From Craspedostauros australis (lineage: Eukaryota): a stretch of 61,670 nt of DNA. Positions 45,508-57,100 of the stretch are shown piece by piece; the first letter of the stretch is position 1, and each line of letters opens with the position of its first letter. The stretch is from assembly GCA_030167865.1 (NCBI GenBank), contig JALAGF010002221.1, positions 1-61,670 on the forward strand, in the 5' to 3' direction. A program made the translations under genes and the position numbers. The notes beneath the pieces are model-generated. The model was not told where the DNA came from. It did not search any database and saw only the letters and a list, made by a program, of their open reading frames with translations.

Positions 45508-47642
45508 ATGAGATTGAGCATACTGGTACTGTTGTCAGCCGTTGACGAGACGTTGGGATTCACCTCGTCGCAATCGTGGAACGATCGTGGCATTGGCAAG
45601 CTTCAGATGTCTTCATCGGCAGGCGGCGCAGGCGGCAGCGCCACTTCGGTTGTGTCCTGGGAAGACCTGACGCAGCAGATCGGACAGACTGCGGTCGGAA
45701 AGGCGCTCAACGAGGATGCGGAGCAGCGTCTGAAGGGCCGCGGATCGCCCAACGTGCACAACAAGATGCGTTTGTTCGATTCCAAGTTCAGCGAGTCGAA
45801 GAAGCCTGCCATCACTCTGTTCCGTGATCATGCGGGATGGTGTCCGTATTGCGAGAAGACGATGCTCCTAGTGGAGGAGAAGCAGGTGCCGCTGCAGATC
45901 GATCTGGTCCCCATGCGATCGTACGGCGACAAGCCACGCGAGTTCTTGCGCAAGGTCCCCAACGGGTTGCTGCCAGCCATCGAAGTGCAAGGGCAGGTCA
46001 TCACCGAATCAAGCGTCATCATGGAGCTACTGGATCGTTGGCATCCAACGGAGGATGGGTACCGGCCCATGATGCCAGATGAAAACGATGTCTCCGGACA
46101 GAAAAAGTACACAGAGCTGGCGCGGTTGGAGCGAGAGCTCTTCTCGTGGTGGTGCACGCTGATGTTCCGGCCTGAATTGCCCGCCGTTGGTGGCAATATG
46201 ATCAAGAACCTTTTCGGAGGTGGCGGCGAAGCCATGTCCGGTTCCATGCAAGGGTTCATGGATTGCATGAAGAAGGTGGACAGCGCGTTGGCCGACACCG
46301 AAGGACCATGGTTCTTCGGCAAGGAGTACCCAACGATGATCGATTTCGTCTTCGCGTCGCACATCGAACGGATGTTGGCGAGCTGTGCTTTCTGGAAGGG
46401 GTTGGACCTGCGTGATTCCAAATGGGGTATGGATTCTTTGATCAGGTGGCTTGATGCCTTCGATCGTAAGCCGTACTTCCTGGCATTCAAGGGTGACTAC
46501 TACTCCACGGTTCTCAATATCGAGCCGCAGTACGGCCCAGGTGAGTGATGAGCTTTTTATGGATGTGATGGCATTGGTGATGTCTGTATGCGCGTGTGTG
46601 CTTGAATGCTTGGGTGAGGATGTGCATGTGCCCATGGAAAGACTTATAAGAGTACTTGAAGTGTACCATTATATTCCATCCAATGCTTGTCCACGCTCGT
46701 CAACCAACAGACGAACATCATTTCACCCCAATGTTTGGATCTATTCCATTTGCAACTGTGCCGGCTCTGCTGGCCATACCACTTTGCTCGCGCTGTACAT
46801 CACACACCAAACAGCTTACGACGGTGGTTTCGACAAGGATCGCATTCAGTTCTCGAAGACTGTTCTTGGAAAGGTAAGCAGTGTGTGCGTGTGTGCGCGA
46901 TTCTGTCTGTGTTTGTCATCGTGCCTGCTTCTACTCGTGCGTATCTTTGTGCTACGCGAGTCTCACAACCACACCAAACTCCTATGTGCTTATCTACGAA
47001 CTCTACGATGACACTGCTTCCATGCTCTACCTTACTCAATGTCGCCTCCTGATGCTGGCACAGGATGATTCATCCTGGAGACTCCCAATGCCGCACGATG
47101 ATCCATTGCAACCACTTTATAAAGGATTGCCCCTGCCAGTGTGCGTCTTGAATGCAGTCGACATTGAATACGATGAGAACGAATCTTTCGAAAGCACAGC
47201 CAAGGACAATGCGGAGTCTCTCCACGTCGCCTCTCGTCACATGGCCGTTTGGAAGGTCAGTTCCAACGGCAACAACATATCCAAATTCGCCGCTCGCGGT
47301 GGACCGCAGGGATCGAAGAACCCCCGCAAGAGCTTCGGTGCAGATCTAGCAGATCCCTACGCTGAATCGGATACCTCCGTGCAAGGTTCGGTCGACGCTG
47401 TGCTGCGTGTTGTGTGTCAGGCCATGATGGATACCGAGAAGGACAAGAACGTCGTGCCATCCGCTGAGTATGAACAGTTGCTCCTGTCCGTCGTTGGTGC
47501 CAGCGGGACGTCGCCAGCCACCATAGTGCCATGTTTGGAGTACCTGCGGGATCGAGTCGGAGTGCCACGCGATCTGCCGTTGGCATCGGCCCGGTACTTC
47601 CGCGCGTACCTCAATTGGGGCATCGATGTGCTCTCAAAGTAA
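45508..47642 (+). CDS. Cys-type glutathione S-transferase (cyanobacterial/algal type), predicted plastid, 3 exons (45508-46540, 46815-46873, 47064-47642), ~556 aa
   Basis: RDHAGWCPYC, PMRSYGDKP, VPNGLLPAI, ITES and C-terminal YLRDRVGVPRDL. GT-AG introns keep the frame. Signal peptide ending TLG-F. Confidence 0.85.
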
Positions 47643-48122
47643 GCATCTCGAAACGGAATCCAGCTTTGCCATTGATTGGTGCACTGAGAGGAGCAGTTAT
47701 ACTAATACCGGTATCAGCATCAGCAAGTCACAGAGTAACGCATGCTATCCCCGACCATCAACTCGGCCATCAATCACAGTCTGGAGTATTCATCTCATGT
47801 GTGACATGTGGATCGCTTTCATTAGTGTTAATGTTCTGCGTGCCAAATGAGAGAGGCAGTTACATGCTGTCAAATGCCACACAATCCATGAAGTTCCTAT
47901 CCTTCCCTCTGAGCTGTACAATTCAATTGTATTGCAGACAGAGTACGGTCTCTGGATCTGTCACTCTATTGATCAAAATTGATGTGGCTTGTTTCGCTTT
48001 TGGTCCCAAGCATGCCCCTTCTGCTTTGGACGAGTATGAGGTGTGTTTTGGCCAACCCATCCTGTCTGCACTTCTCCAAAAATAACCTGTTGAGAGATTG
48101 TGCCATGGTGCTGGAACATTCT

Positions 48123-51116
48123 TCATGGCTGCTCCTTCTTGAATTTGTTGTGAATGTCTGGCGCATCCTCGTACCATAGCCCTTGGTAGAGGACCGTGTT
48201 CGTCTTCGTGTCGGTCAACCGTCCTTGACCATGCGCCTTGCCCGCCTTGAAGTATCCGGTGTACTCCTGATGCTTCTTGATGAATGCCATGGTTCCGTAT
48301 CCATGATACTTGCCATTGACGAAATCTCCTTGGTATCGCCCAGACGAGAGATGCAGAATACCACGTCCCGTGCGCTCTCCCTTTCGGAACATGCCCATGT
48401 AGATGCTGCCATCGGGAAAGGTGAGAGTTCCATTCGGATCATCTGGCTTGCCGTGGCTGTAGTTGCCTTCGAACTGCTTGCCAGATTTCCACGTGTAGAC
48501 ACCCTTGCCATGCTTCTTGTTCTGCATGAAGGAACCCTTGTAGCTGTCGTATTCGTGGAGGTCTTTGCTGCTCTTCTTCTTTTTGGAACCATCGTTGTCG
48601 GATGATCCATCCTCAGCCTTCCTGGGTTTGCCATTCTGGTTGTAGTACTTCATGATGCCGCGTCCGTGACGGTTGCCATTAATATCAAACTGGCCAGTGT
48701 ACACGTTCTGCGATTTCATCCACACCATGGTGCCCTTCCCGTGCGGTTTCAACGGCTGGGTCTTCGTCATCTCGCCCGTGTAGATGACGGCCTGCCCGCT
48801 GCTGTCTGTCGTGAGGAATTCCTCCACCACCTTGACGGGGACGGAGGTTGTCTTCTTGAGCTTCGGCTTTGCCAGTTGTCGCAGGGACGACAGCGATGAT
48901 CCGGACGAGGAGAATGAATCGTGGAAGTTGGAATTGCCGTCGTCGCCGGTGCTATTTGTGCCGAGGGTGTCGTTCTCATTGTCAGCGTCGATGTCTGTGT
49001 CGTTCGTCACAGTTTCCATGGCCGTGGTGGATGCGAGGGAGATGTAATCCTGATCGTACGCCGGGAAAGCGGACGGAACGAAGATGCTGCTGAGCACCTC
49101 CAGCGGTGGATGGTCGACGATCCTCTTGCTCGTGCTGGGCGTCTGTCCCGCCTTCTTGTCTTTGCGTTGCTTCGATTGTTGCCGACTCTGCGGCGTTCGC
49201 TTGGGCGAGTGTATCGGTGGCATGCCTTTGCCTTTGGGTCGGGGTCTGCCAGCCTTGTGGCGCATTGGCGAATGCTGCGGCTTGGGCACGGACGAGCTCC
49301 CGCCAGCTGACGACGACAGCGACGAGGCGCTCGTGATCGTGGCGGCAGTCGAAGTGGTGTCCTTCGATACGACGGACTTGGTTGTGATGTCCTGCGGGAT
49401 GGTATTATCTTCGCTTGGAAATTGGATGGTCGATCCCTGCGGATACTGATGGCTCGATCCAGCGGATGCGGTCTGGCTGCGGGTATCGTGATGCGAGGCT
49501 GGCTTTGGGTCCATGCGGCCCAACGAGGACACGTCGGATGACCTTGTGGCTGCCAAAGTGGAGATTGACAGATTGGACAATCTCCAGCTGTGAACGTGCT
49601 GCGTGTTGCCACAATCGACATCAGTATCCACATCAGTATCGACATCGGCAGCAACGTGAATGTCGGCATTGGCCTGCATCATGCCGCCATTCGTGCTGCA
49701 TTGAGTGGCAGCGCCGTTGACGGAGCGCCTTGGCTTGCCACCAACGACAAAGAGGGTGTCACCGATGGATGTGATCATGGCACCTTCGAAGTTGTACGAG
49801 ATTGGCATTGCCCTCCAGACGTTCTCCGTCTCGAAGTATGCGTAACAGGAGGAGGGAGCGGAGCCTTTCGACCCTGGTGCATTTCCTCTGCCTGCGTCGG
49901 TTGTGTCGCCAGCGCCGTCGCTGACCGTGCTGTGGATCTCGCTGTCCGCGTCGCGATCATCATCGCTGTCGTCGGTGATGATGCCTCCGACGCAGACGAC
50001 GCAGGATGACCCATCCTGCAGTTCGATGACGGTCGCCCTTGGGAATGACAATGCGACTGGCAGATGGGGGATGGAGTGCACGTAGGCATAATCGATGGCG
50101 TCGGAATGGCTGGTCTCGTTGCTGGCAAACCACATGTCCTGATCGATGTAGTACATCTCGATGGATGTGAGCCATTGCACGCCGTCGTAGCCGCCGATGA
50201 CCATGATCTTGCTCTGGTTCTGGATGGAGACGGCGGCGCAAGCGAATCGCGGTGTCTTCATGCACGAGCTGGGTCGCATCCACCGCTGCAGAGACGGGAT
50301 GTAGAGCTCGAAGCAAGTGAGTTCCTTCCACGCTTCATCGCGCCCTCCGCCGACCCAAACCACGGGGACGGAGGCCGCCGAACCGCCTTCGTGATCGTAG
50401 CCGTCGGCATCGCCATGCGAATAGGCACTGGCATGCTGGGCATCGCTGGCCGCGCGCGGATCTCGCATGCGGCCAACCGCAGCACCAGGATACCAGCGAT
50501 GCTTGGACATCGTGGATGGCAGCAGCTCCCACTTCTTCGTTTGGAAGTCGAAGGTGTCCACGGTGTCGCACTTCTGCTGCTGGTGCTGGTGCGATTGCGA
50601 CATGCCTCCGCAGACGTAGGTGACGTTGTCGATGGTGACCGCAGCGGAGCCCGTGCGGCCGGAGGATGCGCTGCTGGACGCGGCCGGCAGGCACCACCAT
50701 CTCTTGGTCTTCCATTCAAAGTAGTCGATGCCATCGGCGGAGGCAATCGCGGCGTTTGCGGCGGCCGTGGAGGTTGGAGACTGAGACGAAGTCATTCCGC
50801 CCAAGCACAAGACGCCGATGGGCTTCTTCTTGTGGCTCCTCCTTTTGTTGGTTTTGCCACTTCTGCCGCTGCTGCCACTTCTGCCGCTATTGTCGCTGCC
50901 GTTCTTGCCTGCGTTCTTGCTGGTGTTTGAGGGCGAGTACACCACGGCCATGGTGGCATCCTTGCGAGCATTGGGAATGCAGGGCTGTCGCTTCATCTTG
51001 GCCAGCGTGGATCGGTGCTTGCTTTGGCTGCCTTCTTGCGATTGTGGCTGCTGATGCTGCTGGTGCTTCTGCTTGTGCAGATGATGCTGCCGGTGGTGAT
51101 GACTGTCATGAATCAT
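48123..51116 (-). CDS. Kelch-repeat + MORN-repeat protein
   Basis: Kelch GG motifs (YVCGG, WVGGG, MVIGGYDG, FVVGG) and C-terminal MORN repeats (YTGQF...RHGRG, YKGSFMQNKKHGKG, YQGDFVNGKYHGYG). First ATG at 51116. Confidence 0.82.
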   Translation of the reverse strand: MIHDSHHHRQHHLHKQKHQQHQQPQSQEGSQSKHRSTLAKMKRQPCIPNARKDATMAVVYSPSNTSKNAGKNGSDNSGRSGSSGRSGKTNKRRSHKKKPIGVLCLGGMTSSQSPTSTAAANAAIASADGIDYFEWKTKRWWCLPAASSSASSGRTGSAAVTIDNVTYVCGGMSQSHQHQQQKCDTVDTFDFQTKKWELLPSTMSKHRWYPGAAVGRMRDPRAASDAQHASAYSHGDADGYDHEGGSAASVPVVWVGGGRDEAWKELTCFELYIPSLQRWMRPSSCMKTPRFACAAVSIQNQSKIMVIGGYDGVQWLTSIEMYYIDQDMWFASNETSHSDAIDYAYVHSIPHLPVALSFPRATVIELQDGSSCVVCVGGIITDDSDDDRDADSEIHSTVSDGAGDTTDAGRGNAPGSKGSAPSSCYAYFETENVWRAMPISYNFEGAMITSIGDTLFVVGGKPRRSVNGAATQCSTNGGMMQANADIHVAADVDTDVDTDVDCGNTQHVHSWRLSNLSISTLAATRSSDVSSLGRMDPKPASHHDTRSQTASAGSSHQYPQGSTIQFPSEDNTIPQDITTKSVVSKDTTSTAATITSASSLSSSAGGSSSVPKPQHSPMRHKAGRPRPKGKGMPPIHSPKRTPQSRQQSKQRKDKKAGQTPSTSKRIVDHPPLEVLSSIFVPSAFPAYDQDYISLASTTAMETVTNDTDIDADNENDTLGTNSTGDDGNSNFHDSFSSSGSSLSSLRQLAKPKLKKTTSVPVKVVEEFLTTDSSGQAVIYTGEMTKTQPLKPHGKGTMVWMKSQNVYTGQFDINGNRHGRGIMKYYNQNGKPRKAEDGSSDNDGSKKKKSSKDLHEYDSYKGSFMQNKKHGKGVYTWKSGKQFEGNYSHGKPDDPNGTLTFPDGSIYMGMFRKGERTGRGILHLSSGRYQGDFVNGKYHGYGTMAFIKKHQEYTGYFKAGKAHGQGRLTDTKTNTVLYQGLWYEDAPDIHNKFKKEQP

Positions 51117-52256
51117 GGTTGTTGCAGCTCTCTCTCTCTTTGCCTCGCTTGTATTATCTTGTCTTCTTCGCTGCTCCTGCACGATTGACTTGCTGGGACC
51201 AGCGTAGAGTGGTCTGTTTGGTGTCTTACGAGAGTCGATGGTATTACCCTATATTATGTTGGAGTAGGCGCTTCCGCTAGAACCTCTATTCTATTCTACA
51301 CTGTGCTGGGTTCTTGTCGTGTATGGTGGTCGTAGGCAGCGTGCAGGATTGGCAGAGCGCGATCCACGCACGATTGTTTTCAGTTTCTTGGTCGGCCTGG
51401 GCTGTCTTGGTGCTCTTCTTGATGCTGTTGTTGCCGTTGGTTGTGCTGCGCTTGAATGCTCGGTGTCAGGTTTGTGTGCGAGTGTGGATGTGAACGGAGG
51501 TTGATGATTGTTGCGATGCTTCGCGTTGTGGTACATTGCAACGCGTTGGGCTGTGTTGGTTTTGATGCATCAAAGGGAGCAAGAGAAAGTGGGAGTTGTC
51601 ACCACCCAAGTGTGGCAGCGTCTCTCGGTCCTCTCTCCACAACGCGCCTTCTCCCCTGTGAGTGTTGGTGTCGCGAGGCGAGTTGAATTTCGGCTTGCTG
51701 TCCCCATTCGTTTTCCGTTGTGAATGCTGTTGTGATTGTGTTTCTGTCCGTGTGGTGGCGTGTCTACGGTTTTCTGTTCACTTCTTGGCAGTACTCACAC
51801 CGTGTGCCATCACAGCTGTTGAGCCCACACACAAAGTGGGTTGGACTTCATCGCTGTCTCTTCGCATACACTTAACAAGACTGTTCATTGGGTGTGATGG
51901 ATTAAATATCATTGTCTCGTGCTTGTGCCAGCTGCGATCGCGGACGGATGCTGCGAAGCGCGTGCTTGGGCGAACAATGTCTAAGCCTGATCGTATTGAC
52001 ATTTTTCTCGACTAGAATTTGATGGCAAAAGGCTCTCTTTCGCCTTCTTGTTTGCTCCTCATTCGCAGTTTGGTACAGGTCGGAGAGTGAAGCGAAACAT
52101 TGATACTCGTGAGGCTCGTTCAAACCGGCACAAGGTGCAAAGAGCTCGCATTCTCGGCCGCGAGTGCACAGTTGGTATGGCTCCTGGCATTGGTTGCGCT
52201 TCTTTCCATCGACGTTGTTCTGATCCATTTCATTCTGCCGTGTTCTGTTGTTTGGT

Positions 52257-52258
<2 letters not shown>

Positions 52259-52288
<30 letters not shown>
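52259..52288 (+). repeat. (TC)15 microsatellite
   Basis: Direct reading. Confidence 0.9.
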
Positions 52289-52293
<5 letters not shown>

Positions 52294-53362
52294 GCACTTC
52301 CGTTGTGGTGTAGACGAATTGCCAGGGGAGGCTGAGTCGATCGATGTCTCACGACGTATTGTAAATGCAGCTGCTGACGATGCAAATAGCCGTTCCGCCA
52401 TGTCGTATCATAGAACTGATCGTATTCTGGTGTGCTTCGGTGCCTTGATGTTGCGGTTAGCAATGGCGGCCAATGGCTGATGATGGTCGTGCTTGTGCTG
52501 AAGCGAAGATGGACCACCGCACGAAGAGGACTCACACACGTAGCGGTCGCTCGCTGTCCAAGAGTTAAAAATCCTCGCCCCTCGCGGAATGATGCAAGAC
52601 AAAGCGATAAAGATTGGCAATTGACACCGTCCGTAATGGATGACTGAGCCACAAGGACGACCCCTTGGGCATGTTTCATGTATCCCAGCGACGTGCGCCC
52701 CCTGCCGACATCATCCTGACATTTATTCGCAGGAGCCTCGCGTGTCCCCGTTGTTCTTTGCGCCGCCTTGTCTCCGTCGCGATGCCCAGGGATTCAGAAG
52801 TCTCTTGATGACACAGGCGATGCCGTCCAGGCTCCCCTCTGCGTTCTTTCAGGAAGTCTTGCCCGAAGATTGCATCCGGCGTCTTTCCCGGCATTGGGTT
52901 GCTGGTGATCGTATCGGTAGTGTACGAGTATTCGTGGAGAGACTGTGACAACGCGCACTGTGTACGTGTACTGGTACTCGTGCTTCTGGTTGCCCTGCCT
53001 CTTGTCTTCATCCATTCCTTTGGTCGACCAATCTGGTGAGGGTCGTTGACAGATCGTGGCGGCTGTTGATAGCTCTTTTCTCTCTCCAGCGCCACCATCA
53101 GCGATACCATCAGGAGGCGCAACCAGAGACGTGTCTGATGTTCCAGACGCAGGATGCAACGCCACTCTCTCTGGGACATCTCATTCCGTGGGCGCCTGGC
53201 CCATCAGATAGATCGTCGATAGATTGTGGCTCCTTGGTCATCTCAGATGTCGGGATCAACGATGACCTCTTCCACGAAGTGTGTGGCGCAAGGGCAAAGA
53301 TCAGAGCCAGCATGGAATTGGAAGTAGCGCGGCAGAGATCCACGGAGCGGGTCCATACTCGC

Positions 53363-53376
53363 CATCGTCATCATCA

Positions 53377-53405
<29 letters not shown>
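53363..53405 (+). repeat. Imperfect (CAT)n trinucleotide microsatellite
   Basis: Direct reading. Confidence 0.85.
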
Positions 53406-53407
<2 letters not shown>

Positions 53408-53897
53408 CAACAAGCGGGTCAACAAGCTCTGCCTCCCATGTCGAAATTGTGGGCTGCGACGTACTCGTAGCTCGTAGAATGGTGCATCCGCAGGCCACGC
53501 TCCCAACAAGTATCAAGAACGCGATGGAACCACAAACGAAGCACGCTCTGCGACGATGGCACCCAGAACATCCCAGAACGACAGGGAATCACGAGCAACA
53601 AGGATCGTGTCAGTTGTACACGATCTAGTTTCCACTCGTGTTTAACACCCGTGACCCGTGTACGCGAGTTACGTGCGAAAGTGTTTGGATGTCTCAAACT
53701 TCAACCCGTCTTCGCTCCAAGTCGTTGTCACCACAACGTGTCCGTGGGAGCTGCAAACGCCCTTCTGGACGATGTCGACACCCACAACACCCACGCACAA
53801 ATACAGAGACTGGCGCAGACACCGATACCGATACTGACACCTTCCGTGATAGTCGTACCATACTGGTGCACACAAGAGCCCAACCGCAACAAAGAGA

Positions 53898-53990
53898 CAC
53901 CAACAAGCACCAACAAGCACCAACAAGCACCAACAAGCACCAACAAGCACCAACAAGCACCAACAAGCACCAACAAGCACCAACAAGCAC
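53898..53990 (+). repeat. Perfect 10-bp minisatellite (CAACAAGCAC)9
   Basis: Nine identical units at 53901-53990, with no spacers. Confidence 0.95.
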
Positions 53991-54192
53991 AAGGTAGAAA
54001 GCAGAAAGGCGAACAATCCAACACACAATCGTGCAACCCACGACATCCTTCGCCTCGCTCTCGTCTTCCCCGTCCGCGACCCTCCTATTCGTCCAATTCC
54101 TTTGGAAGTTCACTTCTCCACAATCAGAGGACACCGGCGCCTTCCATATCCAAGCCTTCCGCATCCAGGCGTCTTGCGCATCCAACTGCACC

Positions 54193-57100
54193 ATGTTCTC
54201 CAGCCGCGATGGCAGACAATTGAGCGCCAACAGCAGCGGCAGCGACCGCTTCAGCGGGGACAGCATCGGATCTGGGATTGGCGACAGCAGCCACCACAAG
54301 GGTCGGAACAACAATGCAGGCGGCAATGCCAACAGCAACGATGGCAGCATGCGGTCGCAGAGGCAGCAGGATGAACCAAAGCCGAGGATCTCACTGGACA
54401 AGTTCCGTCTGAACGCACCAGAGGTGGACGACGATGATGAATCCGAGTTCGAGCATGGCAACGACTCAAGCTCGCGCATCGATCACAGCACGAACGCCCG
54501 CAAATTCAATAGCTCCTCCATGTCCGTCCCACGTTCCAGCTTTCAATGGATTGGCGACGATCTCGAAGATCCCAGCAGGGGGTTTCATGGAAATGACAAG
54601 ATCAAGAACCCATCCCAACCCACTGCTCCGCCTTCCAGCAACAGCAACAGCAACAGCAACAGCAAACCACCAACGCCCAAAAGTTCTCTGCGAAAGACCG
54701 CCTTCGGTGCACCAGCTTCGCCAACCAGCGCTAAGACACAGTATTCTTCAAACGGCGTCCACTTTGGTGCCAATCAGAATGAAATCGGAAATACAAGTGC
54801 AAACGGAAGCAAGGCGTCAGCTACCGTCGGACACAACAGCCAATCGTCTATGTATCACACCAAAGTGGACACGATGCCAAGCTCCAATCAACAGCAAATC
54901 ATGGAAAGCGCATCCGAAGAACGATTGCAAATCCAGCAGCAATTGGAGTCATCAGAGCAGATCGTGGCAATGGCAAGGCAGCGAACTCAGCTGCGCCGAT
55001 GTATCGTCACCGTACTCATCGTATGCTTGATCATATTTTTCGCGTTGCTCGTCGCTGCCATCATTTCTGTGACGGGAGGAGATGATTCATCAGACTCCAA
55101 CGACAGCGGCAACAACAATAACAACACTATGTCTGCCATGCCAACCGCGTCACCCACAGCAGCTCCCACTGTCGAAGCGAATGTCGGTCTCCTCAGGTCA
55201 CCGACGGTGCGTGCCATCAACGAGCGGGGCAAGCTGCGATGTGGCATCGGTCTTTCATTCGGCTTTGCGGAGTACAACGAGACGACGGATCATTATGTCG
55301 GGATCGACGTGGACTTGGTACGTTGTAATTGCGTTCCAATGCATTGTATTATATTATGTTTTGCAAGTATTTGATTGCTGTGCTGGCGGTGTCGTTGATT
55401 GCTGTGAATGCGGGCTTCGTGACACCATTCTTCGCTGGGAGCGGGTGAACGAACACTCCGCACAAATATTATTTGTTTCATATGTTGGCTTATTCGAGAC
55501 TCACAATGAGTCAACAACGCAATGCCAAAGTTTAGCTTGCATTAGTATGTCCACATGCCCAAACATCCTCATTCCTGTTGGGCTTCTCACGCATGTTTTG
55601 TTCACTGCACTCAAACCGTTCAACTCGTGTCGACGCGTATGTCTTGCAGTGTCATGCCATGGCTTCGGGCATGTTCGGTTCATTCGAGGATCGTGTGGAA
55701 TACGTCAAGATCAGTCCATTCAACCGTTTCCAGACATTGCGAGATGAAGAAATCGACATCCTTTTTGCAAAAACGACTGCCACCATGCAGCGGAACATTC
55801 GGGAGGTAAGTGTGGTTTCATTCATCGCATTGTACAATGTGTGTTGCCCTCATGCAAGTATTCTTCAACGATGGTGGAATTACAGCAGATCCCCGCGTCT
55901 ATCACCTTGCGAACATTCTTGCGAGTATTCCTCTTGACTCAATCTCTTGAACATTGATTCTCCTGCCGCTTCCACGATCATCACCAACACTGCCCGCAAT
56001 GACATCATCACCAACACTACCATACCAACAACGGCAACAACAGGCGGTCAGTGGTGCGATGCTTACCTTCACAGTGCCATACCTTTACAACTACCTCCTT
56101 TTCGCTGGGTTGCCGGAATTTGTTCAATGTGCCGAAACTCTCGCCGTTGGATCCAGGAATATCACCAACGAAGGCGATATCGTGTCGCTACCCCCGACCT
56201 GCGATGGCATGCGAATTTGCGTGCTCCAAGGCACGACGCATGACGATGCTCTCAAAGCCATTGTGCCGCCCGGTGTTCAATTGATACCAGTGGCAATCCA
56301 GGCGCAGTTGTACAGCAATTTTCAGGACGAGACGTGCAACATTATCGTCGGGGACCAGTACGATATCGCCCAACCCATATTACAACGACAAGGATACGAT
56401 GGTCCGTATGGTGTCACCAACACATCGATAGCCGAGGAGACGATCAGCATGACCACACTGTCAAATGACGCAGTGTTCTCAGACTACGCCAATTGGGTCG
56501 TGGAGGCGCTGTTTACGGCGGAAGAGGCTGGTTTCACAGCAGGCGATGCCGTCAGGATGGGGAAGACGCAGATCTACGGCCCCGACTACGAAGATGCCTT
56601 CATTAACATCATTCAAAGTGTGGGCAACTACGCCGAGGTCTTCGAGCGGCACCTGGAATCCTTGTCGCCGCGGTCCACGGTAAACCGTCTGAATGCTGGC
56701 GATACAGGATTGATGTATCCCTTCCCATTTGGTGACCTGTCAACTGCCGGGGTGGAACCGAACAGCACACACACTCTGCGCATTGTACAGGAGCGCGGTT
56801 TCTTACGTTGCGGTGTCGCAAGGCGGCCATTCTTCGCGAATCTGGATGCCGGGATTGGCGCGTGGTCAGGTAAGAAGAATCGAACGTGTTTGTCGTTGTT
56901 CGTTGAAGCGGATGTCAGAGTTTGCACTCCATCAGCAGTGTGGCGCTACCATGTGCAGCCAGTGACCAACAAGTAGCTTGCGCCTAACCGTTTCCTTTCA
57001 TTCCCATCGCGCTGTCGTTTCCAACGATGGTTTCGCACCTCCATCGTTCCACTTGCTCCTGCTCCGTTGGTGCCACATCGTTCACGACGCCAAAGGCTTC

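Noticed and set aside
46541-46548. In-frame TGA after GST exon 1 as selenocysteine or a pseudogene stop
   Set aside because: It lies within a GTGAGT splice donor/intron, and splicing restores the full frame.
53898-53990. Possible CRISPR-like array
   Set aside because: Units are 10 bp, identical and contiguous with no spacers, there are no cas genes, and the context is eukaryotic. It is a minisatellite.
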